Positions 28,847-42,316 are shown, counted from the stretch's first letter. The stretch is DNA of 64,000 nucleotides from Utricularia gibba (GCA_002189035.1 NEEC01000025.1:1-64000), one strand, 5' to 3'. Translations and numbers: made by a program. Notes: a model not told the origin generated them from the sequence alone.

Positions 28847-28943
28847 AGCTTGCAGTGATGACAAGATGCTATCCCAGCTCATTATGAGGCCTTCTTTGTG
28901 CAAGGCCACTGAAATCACCTGTTTCCTTGCATCTGTCTGAGCT
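28847..28943 (+). ncRNA. Candidate second box C/D snoRNA, target not recognised
   Basis: Box C GTGATGA 28855-28861, box D CTGA 28937-28940, weak AGC/GCT terminal pairing, internal ATTATGA-GGCCTT-loop-AAGGCC-ACTGA stem-loop; downstream of the snoR53Y-like RNA on the same strand. Confidence 0.5.
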
Positions 28944-30233
28944 TAGCTTCCCATCTCCAAAAACCCTTCAACCTCTGAACTTTCTTCCAAGAATTCTTCA
29001 GCAACCAACAGATCAACCTCAAATTCCGTGAAAGAATTGTATGGAGGCGGCCAGCAAAAGCATCCTGTGTAGTTTAGGACAGACCGCATTCGCCGGTGAA
29101 CCTTCGCTCGTCGGCGAGCGATCGAGATTAGTTTATACATAAAAGTTCAAAAGGATTCAATCTAAAAACTTGGAATTGAAAATTAATATAATTAAAAATT
29201 AAAAAATTTAACTAAATCCAAATATTTAAAATATTAAACCCATTTATAATACTGAGTTTTAATAGAAATTTATTTAAAAAATAATATATATGCATTTTAT
29301 GAAATTTGAAGGAAATTATATACTTTGAAAACTGTTTTTGAAAAATGACTTTAGTAAATATAAATTCAATCTTTTTTCAGTAGAATTAATTCTTATTCCA
29401 TAATAAAGTATTTTGAGAATATTATTATGATTTTGGACCTAATATTTTTATTATTGAATATTATTGTGAAAATATTATAAAAATGATTATCTAAATTCCG
29501 ATTAGTTTTTATAAAAATTATTGAATTAAATACGGAAACGAACCGCCAGCCTCTTACGCAAGATATAAGACGGTTACTAAAGCGCATGATGCATTATTGA
29601 TCCAAGGGGCAACTCCTGCTGCAATCGGCTCTCTGCTTTCAGGATTCATAGAGGAAGGAGACCGTCTTTTTTCACTCTCGTAGCAGGTAATCGATCCTTG
29701 GCTTGATTCTTGTATATCGATGTCATTTGTAGCTTCGAAACACGGTATGTTTGTTAAATCGATGTGTTCGCGGAGTGGAATGATGGATGAGCTCATCAAG
29801 TTTTGATGCTTCTTTGGCATGTGATCTTGCTCTGTTCGGTCACCTGAATGTTGCGCTCTAGATGCGATCATGCTTCGGCTGATAACTTTTCGATGTTTCG
29901 TTGGTGTAATGTTGCTTTACCTACCTGAATTTCGCTTTGCCGTTCGCGATCGGGCTTCAATTGTTGGATTCTTTTTTATGTTTCTGTTTCTGGATTTTGC
30001 GCTGTCGTTTTAGGCTTTGGTATCTGTATTTATGGTCTTTTTTTTGTTGGAGAAGAATTCGACGAATGATTGCTGGGTTAAATTTTTCCATGTTTCGACC
30101 AATGGTCTTCTAGTACTGCAGGTGCTTATTTTTGTGGTCCCTGGGATTTTTTATGACCTTTGCGTGATGATGCTTGTGTATTTTAGGGTAAAAAGATTTG
30201 TATTCACCGGTTACAGGCTTCTGTTTTGCAGAG

Positions 30234-30879
30234 ATGAAGGAAGGCACATCTTCTCTGGATCCCAAAGCAGCCTCGTATGTACCAGTCTCTAGATTTAAAG
30301 AACTATCATTGACCCATGGAAATCAGGATCTTCCCGTTGATCATCAACCTGAAAAAACTCTGCTGCCGGGACATCCTCTGAACAGTAAAAGTCATGAACA
30401 CAGTTCCACTGCAAACCCTACTGCTGATAATCATGGTGGAGTAGTTGCTTCAACCTCACAAGGTGCATGCAACAATATCAAGATTTCAGGGCCGGATGAG
30501 GAAGATAATGAGATGGATTTAGCTTTTCTCGCCCTGCACTATCCTGACATATCTGATGCCTTTCTTCACGCCGTCTACGTAGCCAATCAATATGACCTTG
30601 AAGACTCCATGAGCATGCTGGATCTACTACAGGTAATGATTCAGCGAACAGTTCAAACGTTTGCATCTAGGAATTCCTCCCCTTTTCAAGACAATAAAGT
30701 ATTATGGTCTAAATGAGTCTTTTCTTTCACAGGATAAAGACGAAACTTTTCCAGACCGTATTCCTGAGTTTGGGTTTGCAGCAGATCAGGATTCAACAGC
30801 ATTCCCCCGGGTACAGAACGTCGCTGCAACGAGTGGGGTTTCACAATATCCTTCATCGAAGTCTACCCCTCCAACCTAA
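30234..30879 (+). CDS. PABP-interacting protein CID5/CID6-like (PAM2 + CUE); 2 coding exons (30234-30632, 30733-30879)
   Basis: PAM2-like SSLDPKAASYVPVS near the N-terminus; CUE-like EMDLAFLALHYPDISDAFLHAVYVANQYDLEDSMSML. Confidence 0.8.
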
Positions 30880-31339
30880 TGTGATCTGCCCTCAAGCATT
30901 TCTCCACATTTGCAGATGGTGAATCCATTTGTGCCCGTCTCTGCATTGTCTTTTTCAACTCTTCTTTGGATAGCGATTGGTTTTGCTTGTTGATGAGTGC
31001 GGTGAGCATTTTAGTGAGTCGATTTGGTTACTGTTCTGCACATGGGATCGATACGTTTGTTGGTATTGGTATGTTTGTTTCTCCTTCCAAAATGGGGATT
31101 CAAGAGTATAAAAAATCCTTTTTTGGAAGCTTTTTTTGTTTTTATTAATAATCATATCATCCGTCCACTGCTTACAAATCGTTTCGTATTTTGAACGTGC
31201 CTGGCGTGTTAAAGTAGAAACAACATGATTAAGATGAAAGAAGGCCAACCTGCTGGGGTTATTCTCATTAGCTCTGAAAAGTATTTGTTCTAAACAAAAA
31301 AGAAAACAAGAGGGTTTATATACAAAAGGCGGCTCCCAA

Positions 31340-34300
31340 CTAGTACGGTCTCCCCCATCTTGCACCCTGCTGTGGCGGCGGCTGGAGCTTCTGTGGCCAC
31401 CCTCCACTCCGGAACTGGTCCGCTGCTGCGGGGTTCGTCGGAATGACTTGCACCGGAGGAGCAACAACGACGGGATGCGATTGTTGGTGCAATGGTGCCT
31501 GTGGTTGCCATTCCGGAATATCGTCCACATCATCGTTCCAAGGTTCAAACCCCCGGAACGGAAACTCCTATCATCAATCGAACTCATCCTACTGCTACTA
31601 TTACTATCACTCTGTCCATATTTTTGAATCAGCTCTCTCACTTTATCCACCGAGCGCCGTGCCGGCGGATGATGATCATCAGCAGGTATCCTCGGCAACG
31701 GCGGTGGGTTCATCTGTCCGGCAAAGTTGAACTCCGGCAAGTCATCGTCGTACTGGGCTGCACCAGCCCCGGGGGAAGGACCAAACCCAGGTGGGATTTC
31801 ATCATCCATCTCAGGTTCGGGCTTAGAGCTCTTTGCATCACTCCTCACAGAAGGGGTAGCAACCCTGGGAGAGAAGTTGGTAGCTTTGGGCGAATCTTGG
31901 GACCTGATACGCATAGCAGCAGCAGCAGCTTGCTTCCTTGAGCTGCTGTGTTTGTGGTGAGATGGAGATTTTGGGGATATCTGTTTGCTACCCTTGGCAA
32001 CTCTTCTCCATACAACGACTCCGATGAGTCCATCCTCGACGGAGTCCACAGTTTCCCTGGGGATGTAGTGCTTCACCATCTCAGCCACTCTGGCGGTCGA
32101 AGGGCAGAGATAAATCTCGACACCGGACATCGGCTCTGCATATCCCAATCTCTCCTCCGCGGTGTAGGATGCGATTGCCTGCATAAACTACACGCATTAG
32201 CTTGTACAGAAACCAAGCAGGGATCAATCAAGTCCATGGGTTGTTTAACGATGATATCACCTCAGAAAGGCTAGTCAGCTGAGCCTTGGAAGTTTTGTCC
32301 TTCAACTCTAGCTTAAGAACCTGCAGATGAAAATCATGAACTGAAAGTGAGGCTGACTTTCTAATAACCAAGTACTGCAGTGAAAACAGTTGACATGTGG
32401 ATCTAGATTCAACACAACAAGTATTCGATCATGGGTATGATCCGGAAACACTTTTAGAACACTTAACAGCAGTTCCACATAGGCATATATTTACGCTGAA
32501 AAGCGTGGTGGATGACACATCGATATCCAGTTTCAGTATAAAAAGTTGAAAGTTCAAAATAGGTACATTCTACAGCGACAACCTAAGTTATGATCAACAG
32601 TTTTTTCTGACAAATGGGATGGATTATCGGTAGCTCGTTAATATTATAATTAGTTAGATCTTTCTTCTGATTAGATAAAGAACAGCTCTGGAGCAACCTC
32701 ATGCCTGCACAGAAAAATCGATGATAATCTCTATAGTACAACCGCATAAAGGAAACCAGACTATCATTAAATCCACTAGAAATAGAGAACATGAGGCCAC
32801 ATTGTCTTGTTTGAAGACAAGAAAGGGAGAAACCCCCGCAGCAATCCAAAAATATAGCTACAAAGAAAGGAAGGCCTTGATGTACCATTACTGCACGAGT
32901 TCTGGACATGGGGAGATCTTGAACAAATTTTTCAAATGCGCCTAGCCTAACCCTTCCCTTGATATCAAGAATGGAGGGCCACTGCTTTGTAGATGTCTTC
33001 TCACCACTGCCCAACACAGATCGACGTTAGTAGATATGCATATAACACGGAAATTTTAGAGAATCCACTTTCAGGGGGTATTGGAGAAAATTTCAATGTT
33101 GCTCTTCAATAGGTAAGAAACTAGGAACATGGAAGACATCAAAAACTAGAAAGAGCTAAAAGAGAATTAACATTGACATGGGCAACTGTAGAAACACAAG
33201 TCATTGATATGGAGTACATCCAGGTCCATATTGTCACTAACCGCATAGAGAAAACAAGACGAGGGTTAAGACATTTCAACCATAAAGACACTGACCTCAG
33301 GTGCAAACCATGAACTACGACTGTAGATGAGTTGCTGAACTGTAGAGCCCCTTCCCAAGCATACTGCACATCTTCAATGGAAATCTTAGAACCGTCGGGT
33401 TTAGGGCTTTCCTTTTTTCTTGTGTTTTTATCAGCTTCATGCAATCTGGAAGCATTAGAATCCTTGGAAGAGGCATCTTTGCTGGAAGCTCGGTTAGATT
33501 TACTGAAAGTATTCAACCTTTCACGAGATTTGGGGGTATTTTGATCTGTATCTGATGATAACTTCTCAATTGGAGGTTCAGAATTAAGAGACTCCATAAA
33601 CTCATCTAGAGAAACAATTGGGGGCAGAGTCTTTGGATTCTTTAAGTCCTCCACCATCACTCTTTGCATTAGGTCAGCCCCATCTTCAGGTATGACTAGA
33701 GAGCCAAAATTATCTTGGTTTTCAGAAACATTATCGCTGCCATCTCCATTTTTAACACTCGACATAGAAGGAGAATTACTTTTAACATCCTTTTTGGGTT
33801 GAGTTTGTGTTAAAATAGATGCCCCACCAGAAAGATCAGCAACAACATTATCATCTCGCTCAAGCTCCACTTGGTACTCACCCTTGTGTGTTTTCCGAAC
33901 CAAACGTGAAATATCAACTTCCGGTAAAACTTTCATCTGTGCCAGCTCCTCAGCTTTCGCCATTCGCCACTCTGATAATTCTTTGGATGCTAGCTCTTCT
34001 GCAGACATTGAACACAACCTTTCTGGCGATATTTCTCCAGACATAACTCTTTCCCTAAGTTCAGGATTATTTCGATCCTTGAGGTTGAACAACAGCGATC
34101 TGCCTTTCTCCTTGTACTTTTTGTTCACACCACTGAATAGTTTGAAAAGCTCGGCCTCAATTTCGAATGCTACATTCTCTGGTTTCAAAATTTCTATGTT
34201 CCTTTCTTCTTTCTGCTCATTTGTCTCGCATACTGTAGAATTCATGCCGTAACCACTTTGAGTCTCCTTCCCATCGGTCATCTGGGCATTGAAATCAAGA

Positions 34301-35316
34301 GCCCAGGAAAGTCCATTTCCCTGTAAGAGATCATCCTTAACAAAAAAGCTATCACTGAACTGAGAGTCATCATCAACCAACATAGAAGTATACTGAAATT
34401 CCTGGAAGGTACCTCCACCATTCAGGTTGCTAAAGGGTGAAGGAAATTCAGCCGGAAGAATATGAGAATCAGTAGCTGAAAAAGTTACAGGAATCTCCTT
34501 TGTAGAAAACGCTTCCTCTGCCCCAGAAGAAATATTTTCACTCTTTTCTGTATTGTCTCTAGGATGATCATTTGATTCCACAGCAGTTTTGGTAGTTTCT
34601 GCCGCATTACCCTTACCTTTCTTGGAATCTAGAGCTTTCTCAGAATTTGTTGATGTCAAAGCCAAGGCAGCAGCAAGAGATTCCCTCATTTTCGACCTAA
34701 CTGACTCAGATGACTCTTGCTTATTCTTGGAAGATGGCTTATATTGTGTAGATTGCTTTTTTACGGGATGCTCACGTTGTAAGAAAGAGTTTCCAGTGGT
34801 GTCATTCTCACGCACAATTTTCCTACTTGCTACGGATTGAGAATTCAAGCTTGTGAATCCTAGATTTGCGCTTACAGTTCTTGGAGCAGTAGACTGCCGC
34901 ATAACCACTGGAAAACCACCAGGTACAATTTCTGAGTTTACTTTGTCCGGAAATATTTGCTGCTCAGATACAAACTTGTAGGAATTGAATGTGCTGTCAG
35001 CCTTTCTCTTCACAGGCAACGGCTTATCATGCCCTGAGATACTGCTCAAAATAACTGGGTCTTCATTTACCAGATCGGCTGACATCCAGATAGAGTTGAA
35101 GCCCGCATCCCCCAGTGATGTCTCATAATTTGGAACACCAGTGCTTGATACAGTAGAAGTGTTGAACATGGGATTGAGCGAGATTGGTTGTACAACTCCC
35201 ATTCGTTCACTTGATCCAGAAAATCCATGAGCACTGGAGTTGTTAGGTACGTGACCAGCCATATCAATCTGCAAGTCTGATACTGGCAACCCCATGGAAC
35301 AGGAAACATGCTCCAT
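31340..35316 (-). CDS. TFIIS-central + SPOC domain protein (DIDO/PHF3-like); apparent -1 frameshift at 31550-31554
   Basis: VRSKMRESLAAAL, FFVKDDLLQGNGLSW, IEAELFKLFSGVNKKYKEKGRSLLFNLKDRNNPELRERV, SPOC exons (LDIKGRVRLGAFEKFVQDLPMSRTRAVMV; ERLGYAEPMSGVEIYLCP) and terminal DDDLPEFNF / DDIPEWQP motifs. Start codon is uncertain. Confidence 0.88.
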
Positions 35317-35742
35317 CTGAACCACGTAACTCTTCAAACGCCGAGAGTTTATGCTAATAAATCATAAATCAAGTTTTACCATAACGCCACATCGGCACCT
35401 GAAACAAGAAGTGATCACCTAAATAGAAGAAGCCCGACTGTGAAGAAAAATAACTTAAAAACGGACCATACAAAAAATAATTCGGATCAGATAACTTAGA
35501 GATTTTGAACACGAAACATATCACAATTCAAAATTTCGTTCATCCAGAACGGGTAACCTCTACAGTAAATCAAACACGAAAAAACTAACGTCAATGCAAA
35601 ATAGAAAAAAAAAAAAAAACAAAGCCCATCACATCAACAACAAACTCCCTCTCGGGGGAAGGTAGCAAAATCATAATTTGCTAATACGTTAGTGTAAATA
35701 AAAAAACGGAGATCCAGATTCAATTACAATCCCAAGAAACTC

Positions 35743-35871
35743 AAACCTAGAAACTAATATCCAAACGTTAAAACCTAGAAACTAATACCCAAAGTCGCAC
35801 CAAGAATAATCTCAAGATCAATTTTTCATCACCAAAAAAGCTAAAACCTAGAAACTAATACCCCAAACGTT
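35743..35871. repeat. Three copies of AAACCTAGAAACTAATA in the upstream/leader region of the SPOC gene
   Basis: Copies at ~35743, ~35771 (28-nt period) and ~35844. Confidence 0.7.
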
Positions 35872-36504
35872 AAAAAATCCCTAACTCCAAATCCTTCCAA
35901 GAAAATCCGACACACACTAATCAATTTTCACCAGATCTACGCCATCCACAAAAGAGTTATTCCGTAAAAAAAAAAGTCAAAACACAGACCAACACCTCTC
36001 ACTGCAAAAAAGGACACACGATTCAACGATGCCGCAGATGGATACATTCCAGAAAAAAAAAAAAGAAAAAAACCTTCACGGAGTCGGCGTGTTCGGCAAC
36101 CCTAGAACGACACAGGCGCCTTATCGGGAGGTTGTTACATTTTCATCCACATCTTTTCCGTTTATATCCCGATCCGAGTAGTTGCTGCTTACGCACGCTT
36201 TTTCAAAAACGCGATTTCAATTCCTTGTCGATTTCACAATTTCCACGTCATTTTATTAAAAATCATAATTAAATGGTGAATTATAAATTAGTTATAATAA
36301 AAATTAAATTAAATTTCATTAAATTATAAAACTACAAATCGTTTGTATAAATAATTCATAAAAATTTTATTTATTTAAAACATTAAAAGAGAACATTGGC
36401 ATATCACGTAGAGCCACAGGCCGCCGCCGGCGTCCCTTCTGCGTCTTTCCGACAAGGGTAACGCACCACGGCTCGTGATGACCCTTCGCCGGAAGGAAAC
36501 TCGG

Positions 36505-38052
36505 TCATGGGCCGCTCCTCAGGTTCGCAGTCGCTTCTGCGATGGGATAAGGGAGCGTTGTGCCTACTTCAACTTTGCAGAGGGGACATGCGGCGCTGAT
36601 TTTCAGCCATTTATCCACGCAGTGTTTGTGGAACAAGTGAGAGCAGGGGAGTTCCCGGAGGTCGTCGTTGTTCGAGTACTTGGACAAGCAAATGCAGCAA
36701 ACCTGAGGAGCAGGTGTTTTGGGGTGGGCTGAGTGGTTTGATTGATACTTTGCGAAAGGGAAGAAATTGGGATAAATGAAGCTTACTGCATCCTCTCCTG
36801 AGAGGGCCCTTTCCTTGTCTGTCCCAGGGGCTACTATCCCACCTTCGACTTTACCTGCATCCCTCTCCTTGCCACGGCTGCTCTTATTTTTCTTTTCCTT
36901 GTACTTGTAGGTTGGAAGAGCATGGATGGACTCCTGAGTAGCTCCTCTATTCCCTGGAAAATCTTCTCTGATGCCTGTGACAGATGTTATGCAAGGGAGG
37001 CAGCAACATATGGCGGTACAGAGGATGAAGGGCATTGCGTATCCAATGCAACTGAAGGCTAGAAATACAATGCACAGCCTGTAGAAGAAAAGGGACAAAG
37101 AGACTGAATCAATATGGTGAAACCGGTAGCTAGAGCATGAGGGTTGAAGGATGGGTTTGCTGGTTTTTCGCATCCTTTTGCTACCTGTACAAGTTTGGAG
37201 CTTCGGCAAATGATGTGTGTCCTCCAAAAGTCCAAACATTTCCCACCACAAACCAAACAGCAAAGAAGCAATCTAAAGCCATCTTGAAGTGTTCAACAAA
37301 TGCCTTAAGCCTAGAGGAACAAGATCACTTCATTCAATATTGAAGTATTCCCGGCAAACGGGCAATGAAGGAAACAACACAGGGTATATATACCTGGGAT
37401 TGGGCGGTCCACTGGCTTGGGTGACTCTGCCTGTGGTGGTACCAGTTGCTGGTAAAGAAGTTTCACCTTCCCCATTCCTGCTGTTTGAGGGCCCAGTATT
37501 GCCATTACCTTGAACAGGGCCACCACGAAAATGGGAGGAATCCTGCTCAGAACCCCTGTTTCTGTGCTTAAAACGCCAGTAAAGAAGAGGAAGCATTCCA
37601 AAACAGCCACATGCATAACCCCAGATCCAGGTTCTCAAAGGGGCACTGGGTTTCTCGTTCTTTGATAAAAAAGTAACAACAATGGCAGCAACGATTTGGC
37701 CCACTATAAAAAACTGCTCCACTGATATCCATAGAGCAGAATTCAATGGGCTCCTTCGTCGAGCTCGAGTATTTCCTCTTCGTACAGTGGATGAATTCCT
37801 TGTATCTGATCCCTGAGAAAGTACTGGAGGCTGGTACACAGAGGTTCTTGAGCTAGTTGAAGGCTGCAATTCACTACTTTGCTGCTCCACTACAGAAAGC
37901 CGTTCACGAGGGGCCATAGATGAAAATGCATCGCTACTATCAGCAATGTCGATCACATGTTCATCACTGGTACAATTATCAGCACCCTCCATCAGTAAAG
38001 GCAATTGAACTGTGTTGCTTTTACGGTGAACCCCCAGAATCCTAAAAGCCAT
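36505..38052 (-). CDS. Transmembrane RING-H2 E3 ubiquitin ligase (At1g63170/At4g11680-like family)
   Basis: SPLNSALWISVE, PSAPLRTWIWGYACGC, FKMALDCFFAVWFVVGNVW, LCIVFLAFSCIGYAMPFILC and C-terminal CCICLSKY..LRELPCSHLFHKHCVDKWLKISAACPLCK. Confidence 0.92.
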
Positions 38053-39182
38053 CTGGTTCCACGTTCCCCGTTTCGCGTAAAGAAGACGTTGAATGGTACT
38101 GTTTCAGCATTCGGACGTTCCCAATGCCAGCAATACCAAAATAACTAAACTTTATTGCCTCCCAGACCACCAAAACTTCACGGCCCTATCATACTGAAAA
38201 AGACACAGATTAAAATGAATCATATATTTCAAGACAGCCTAATGCCCCCGCCAAAAAAGAAAGACAACCCCCAAAAGATTCCACAGTCACCAACAGTCAA
38301 TAAAACTTGAGACAATCTGAGAGCGAACTCATCAGCAAATGATCTACACTTGTCCAAATTGCACATCATTTCACCATTGAATAGTCATACAACGAGAAGC
38401 AAAGAGACAGGGGCATGAAGGCTTACAACCCAGTTGCGTCATGTCAATGGACGAAGTACAGTACACAAAATCCATTTAACGAAGAAACCAAAGCCCAATA
38501 CAAAAAATCAGCATACCAATTTCACCCAAGCTCCCACTCCAAACATGAACGCAAACGCCAAAGGAAACAGAGTCCAGAAAACAAGATTAAAAAGAACAAA
38601 AAAACAACCCACCAAACTCCCAACAGCTCCGCACAGGTGTATCATCTAAAACCCATTATCCACTGCCCACAACACCAACTATTAAGCTCCATCCTGGTCA
38701 GGCTTTTCTGCGAAACAAACCCTTGAAAATCTTGAAGACGACTATCGAATTTTCAACCGTAACTTTTCTTCCACGCCATGAAAGCGTGCGTGTGAATAAG
38801 CTAACCTCTGCGCATCGATTTCCCAAAGCATGCGGTAGAAATTGGACTGTTCTTTTGTGAATCCGTGAACGATCTATCCAACTCCTGACTTTTGTTTCCA
38901 TTCATGAGTTTTTTTTTAATCAATATCTTTTTAAAAAAAAAATCTCTATTACATAAGTTAAATCTCCATTTAGGCAGTGCATAGGATAGGGTCATGTCTT
39001 GACATTTTGGTACAAACAAATAAGGTTTGTTTGGCGGGGTGGGGGAGGGCAATTTAGGAAAATCAGGTTAGCATTTGGTGTGGCCCACCGCCACCGTTCT
39101 GGATTCCGTCAATGGGATACGTTCCCCCAAATGCTGCACGGTCGCTCAATTATTGCAGATCCAGGAGGAGGGAGGAGGAGTC

Positions 39183-39488
39183 ATGGAGCTCACACTTCAG
39201 CAGCTCAAGGCGTACGACGGCTCCAACCCATCGAAGCCCATATACGTCGCCATCAGGGGGAGAATCTACGACGTCTCCACCGGAAGGAATTTCTACGGCC
39301 CGGGCGGCGATTACCGTGTTTTCGCCGGCAAGGACGCTAGCCGCGCCCTGGCCAAGATGAGCAAGGATGAAGATGACGTCGTCTCTGATCTCGACGGCCT
39401 CACCGAGAAGGAGATCGGCGTTCTCGATGACTGGGAGAGGAAGTTCCAGGCCAAGTACCCCGTCGTCGGCTCCGTCGCCGGAATATGA
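39183..39488 (+). CDS. Cytochrome b5-like heme/steroid-binding protein (MAPR2/MP3 type), intronless, 101 aa
   Basis: MELTLQQLKAYDGSNPSKPIYVAIRGRIYDVSTGRNFYGPGGDYRVFAGKDASRALAKMS...WERKFQAKYPVVG. Confidence 0.93.
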   Translation: MELTLQQLKAYDGSNPSKPIYVAIRGRIYDVSTGRNFYGPGGDYRVFAGKDASRALAKMSKDEDDVVSDLDGLTEKEIGVLDDWERKFQAKYPVVGSVAGI

Positions 39489-40600
39489 TCCCCACGCCTC
39501 GTGTGTCCCTGATCCTGCGTGTCTGTCTTTCTGCTTTTGTTGACTTAATAGTATGAATAAATTGGGATTCGCAGCTGCTTCTTGTCATCTGGAATTTCTG
39601 TAGCATTAGCCCTATTCGTTGATCCACAGACCCGGTATCAATTATTTCCACCTTTGTGATCCATTGAGTTCTGAATCGGATCGGAATTGGAAGGCAGGCT
39701 AAAATCACAGACCACCCAACAGGGAAAGGTGATTTCTTGAAGAAGAGATGGGTTGAACGAGCCTGTGCTCGATCATAAGGCTGATACGCCTGCCCGGAAT
39801 GGCTGGCTATAGCTGCAAGAGAAAAAGAGACAAGGGAGTGACTCCTGATCATCTGCGCACCTTTGTCGAATGGAAAAACTATCCTACAGTATGTATATAA
39901 CACAATCCTCCATCTCCATGGTGTGATTAGAATGGAGAGAAAAATGATAATGGAAGAGAAGAGCAAACAGTAACCACCACAAGTGTCTCTGATCAGTGAC
40001 AGACACTAGTGCACTCAGATCAGAGAATCCCTCGATGAAATTGCACAGTTCCGAAATGTCGTGTGGTAGGTTCCTCAGAGTCGGTTTTATCTCCTTCAGC
40101 TTCCCTCTTCGGTACCACAGGCTCCTACAGAAACCGCTCACAGAATGTTAAGCCAGGAAATATAGGCTGCAATGGCGGATGAGTTTAGCAGGATCATCTT
40201 CTTGTTTCTTTAACTAATTAGTGCAACTCTTTGATAAGCTTCTTCCCGCAAAACCAAACAGTTGACAACCAGAGGAAAAAGCCCACGAAACAAAACATAC
40301 CCAGAAGCAATCTCAACCTTCAACAATCCTAGAAATTCACCGATGGGAAAACACTGCATCACCAGGGAGAACGAGAAATCCGGCAGAAACAAACGCGTAG
40401 TGGTCGATGGATTTGAGAACTGAGGAGATCGACCAAGACATGATTTCAGACGTGTAATGAAGATTATGGCGGCATTAAACTGCTGTTTAAAACGAAAAAT
40501 AAAGTTGAAAAGGGTATATTATATGTAGTTTAAAAGTTATCTTGAGAATCCATGGCGATTTTTGAAATACACGCTCAACTCCGCCAACAAGTAGTGTAAA

Positions 40601-41713
40601 TCAGAACGTGCTTCGGCTTTCCCTGGCGGAAACCGACGACCCATCGGCCTTCACCATACCGCCACCGATGTCGAGGCCCTGAAACCTGCCAAGTGGATCC
40701 TGCTGGGCGGTCGTCTCAGCGAGGTGATGAGAAGACATGATCCCCGGGTACACTGGGCCTGGCGGATTCGTGGAGAAGAAGCTCGGAGTTTGGGTGTAGG
40801 AAACTTGCTGCATTGCCATCGTGAACGAATCCGGGTTCTGCGACATTTCCCCTGTCGCCATGCGCAGCCTCTCCACGTCTTGCTTCAGAGCTTCGTTAAG
40901 AGCTGAGCAGGATTTGGATGCTCAAAGCAGATAACTTTGGAGAACATGAAGATGAATATTTGAGTTGCAGGGTCCAAGTGTTTACCATCTCTGAGCTGGG
41001 CTTGCTGCTCCATCGCCTGCAGTCGAAGCTTGAGCTCGGTGTTCTCATTACTCAGCCCTGTTGTGTCTCTCTGAAGCAGAGCCCGCTCCCTTGAGTTCGG
41101 AAACAGAAAGCAGAAACAGTCAGGAAACAGAACGAACCTGAAACCGTGTGAGCTGAGCTGACAGAGTCGTCGCCTCCGTTTGTAGGGTCTGAACTTTCCT
41201 CTCAAGCTCCCAAATATAACGCGCCTTTCTCTCTTTCGACCGAGCAGCAGACTGCCGATTAGCCAAAATCCTGCACAATCCCATCACTGGAAGTATCAGT
41301 TCCGAAAAATATCAGGATTCCATCTCCCCCCGCCATGCCCAACCACTTCCATTACCTCTTGGCGCGTTTAGGATCAAGGGTCCACAGCTCTGCAAGCTTA
41401 TCAGGCGCCATAGCCTTCTTAGCCTCAATGCTGGCGGTGTTGGTGTTCCCGCCGGGCGCCTCCGGGAGCGCCGGGCCGGAAACAGCATCCACAGAGTTAC
41501 TATACCTGTGCTGCCCCTGCCCCGTGACCCCAGATCCACTCCCCTGTGGCAGCTTTTCGATATCCATGTAGCTCGAAAACATATCATCCTCGTCGTCAAA
41601 GGGTCCGAGGGGACATCCAGGAGGACGTCCGGGAGTCGGAAACTGACCTCCGAATGAGCTCGCCGGTGGTGACTCGGCCGCACGGAGCCGCGGGAGAAGT
41701 TCGGGCTCTGCAT
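40601..41713 (-). CDS. Group I bZIP transcription factor (RF2b/bZIP18/VIP1-like); apparent -1 frameshift at ~41598-41603
   Basis: [49 protein letters not shown]|[57 protein letters not shown]. Confidence 0.92.
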
Positions 41714-42316
41714 AGCTACAGTGGGGGTTGTGCTCAGGGAAGCAACAAGCACACTGGAGTTCGTTTTGTACAGAGTGGAGTGAGCCGGGAGACAAGGCCC
41801 CATGTCTTGTTTCGTGGGAGCTGGAGGGGGTTACTCGTCATTTTCCACTTTCTTTTCTAATTTCATAAATACCGCGACAGGGACGCATGTGGGTCCCTTT
41901 TTTTCTATTTAAGCATGGAGTTGACAGAAGATGTATAGTTTATTCGTTTATTACAAAGTTTCAAATTCAGGATATGTTTGGTATCAAATTTTATCAAAAT
42001 ACAGATGAAACTGGAAATCATAGGCAGAGTCTTGAAGGAGACACTTTTGATACTGTTTTGAAAAGGAGCTCATTTATTGGCTAGAAAATGACCATTTTTT
42101 TTTCTGGAAAATAATCAAGTGGAAAAGTAAAATAACATTAATGACTGAAAAGAATGAAATGGAATGGGAGATGAAAATGAGGGTTTCTATGTAAGTTGCT
42201 GATGGAATAAATGGGGATGGAGACGACAATGAATGTCTGTTGGCCAACAACTACCCTAAAACATGATTCTTCTACTCTACTGGACTTTATAAGAGTTAGG
42301 ACTTTTAGGGCCTAAT

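Noticed and set aside
30955-31500. Long C-terminal tail of the 409-aa ORF 30955..32184
   Set aside because: It is read-through in the wrong frame after the apparent frameshift at 31550-31554; the correct frame ends at 31340.
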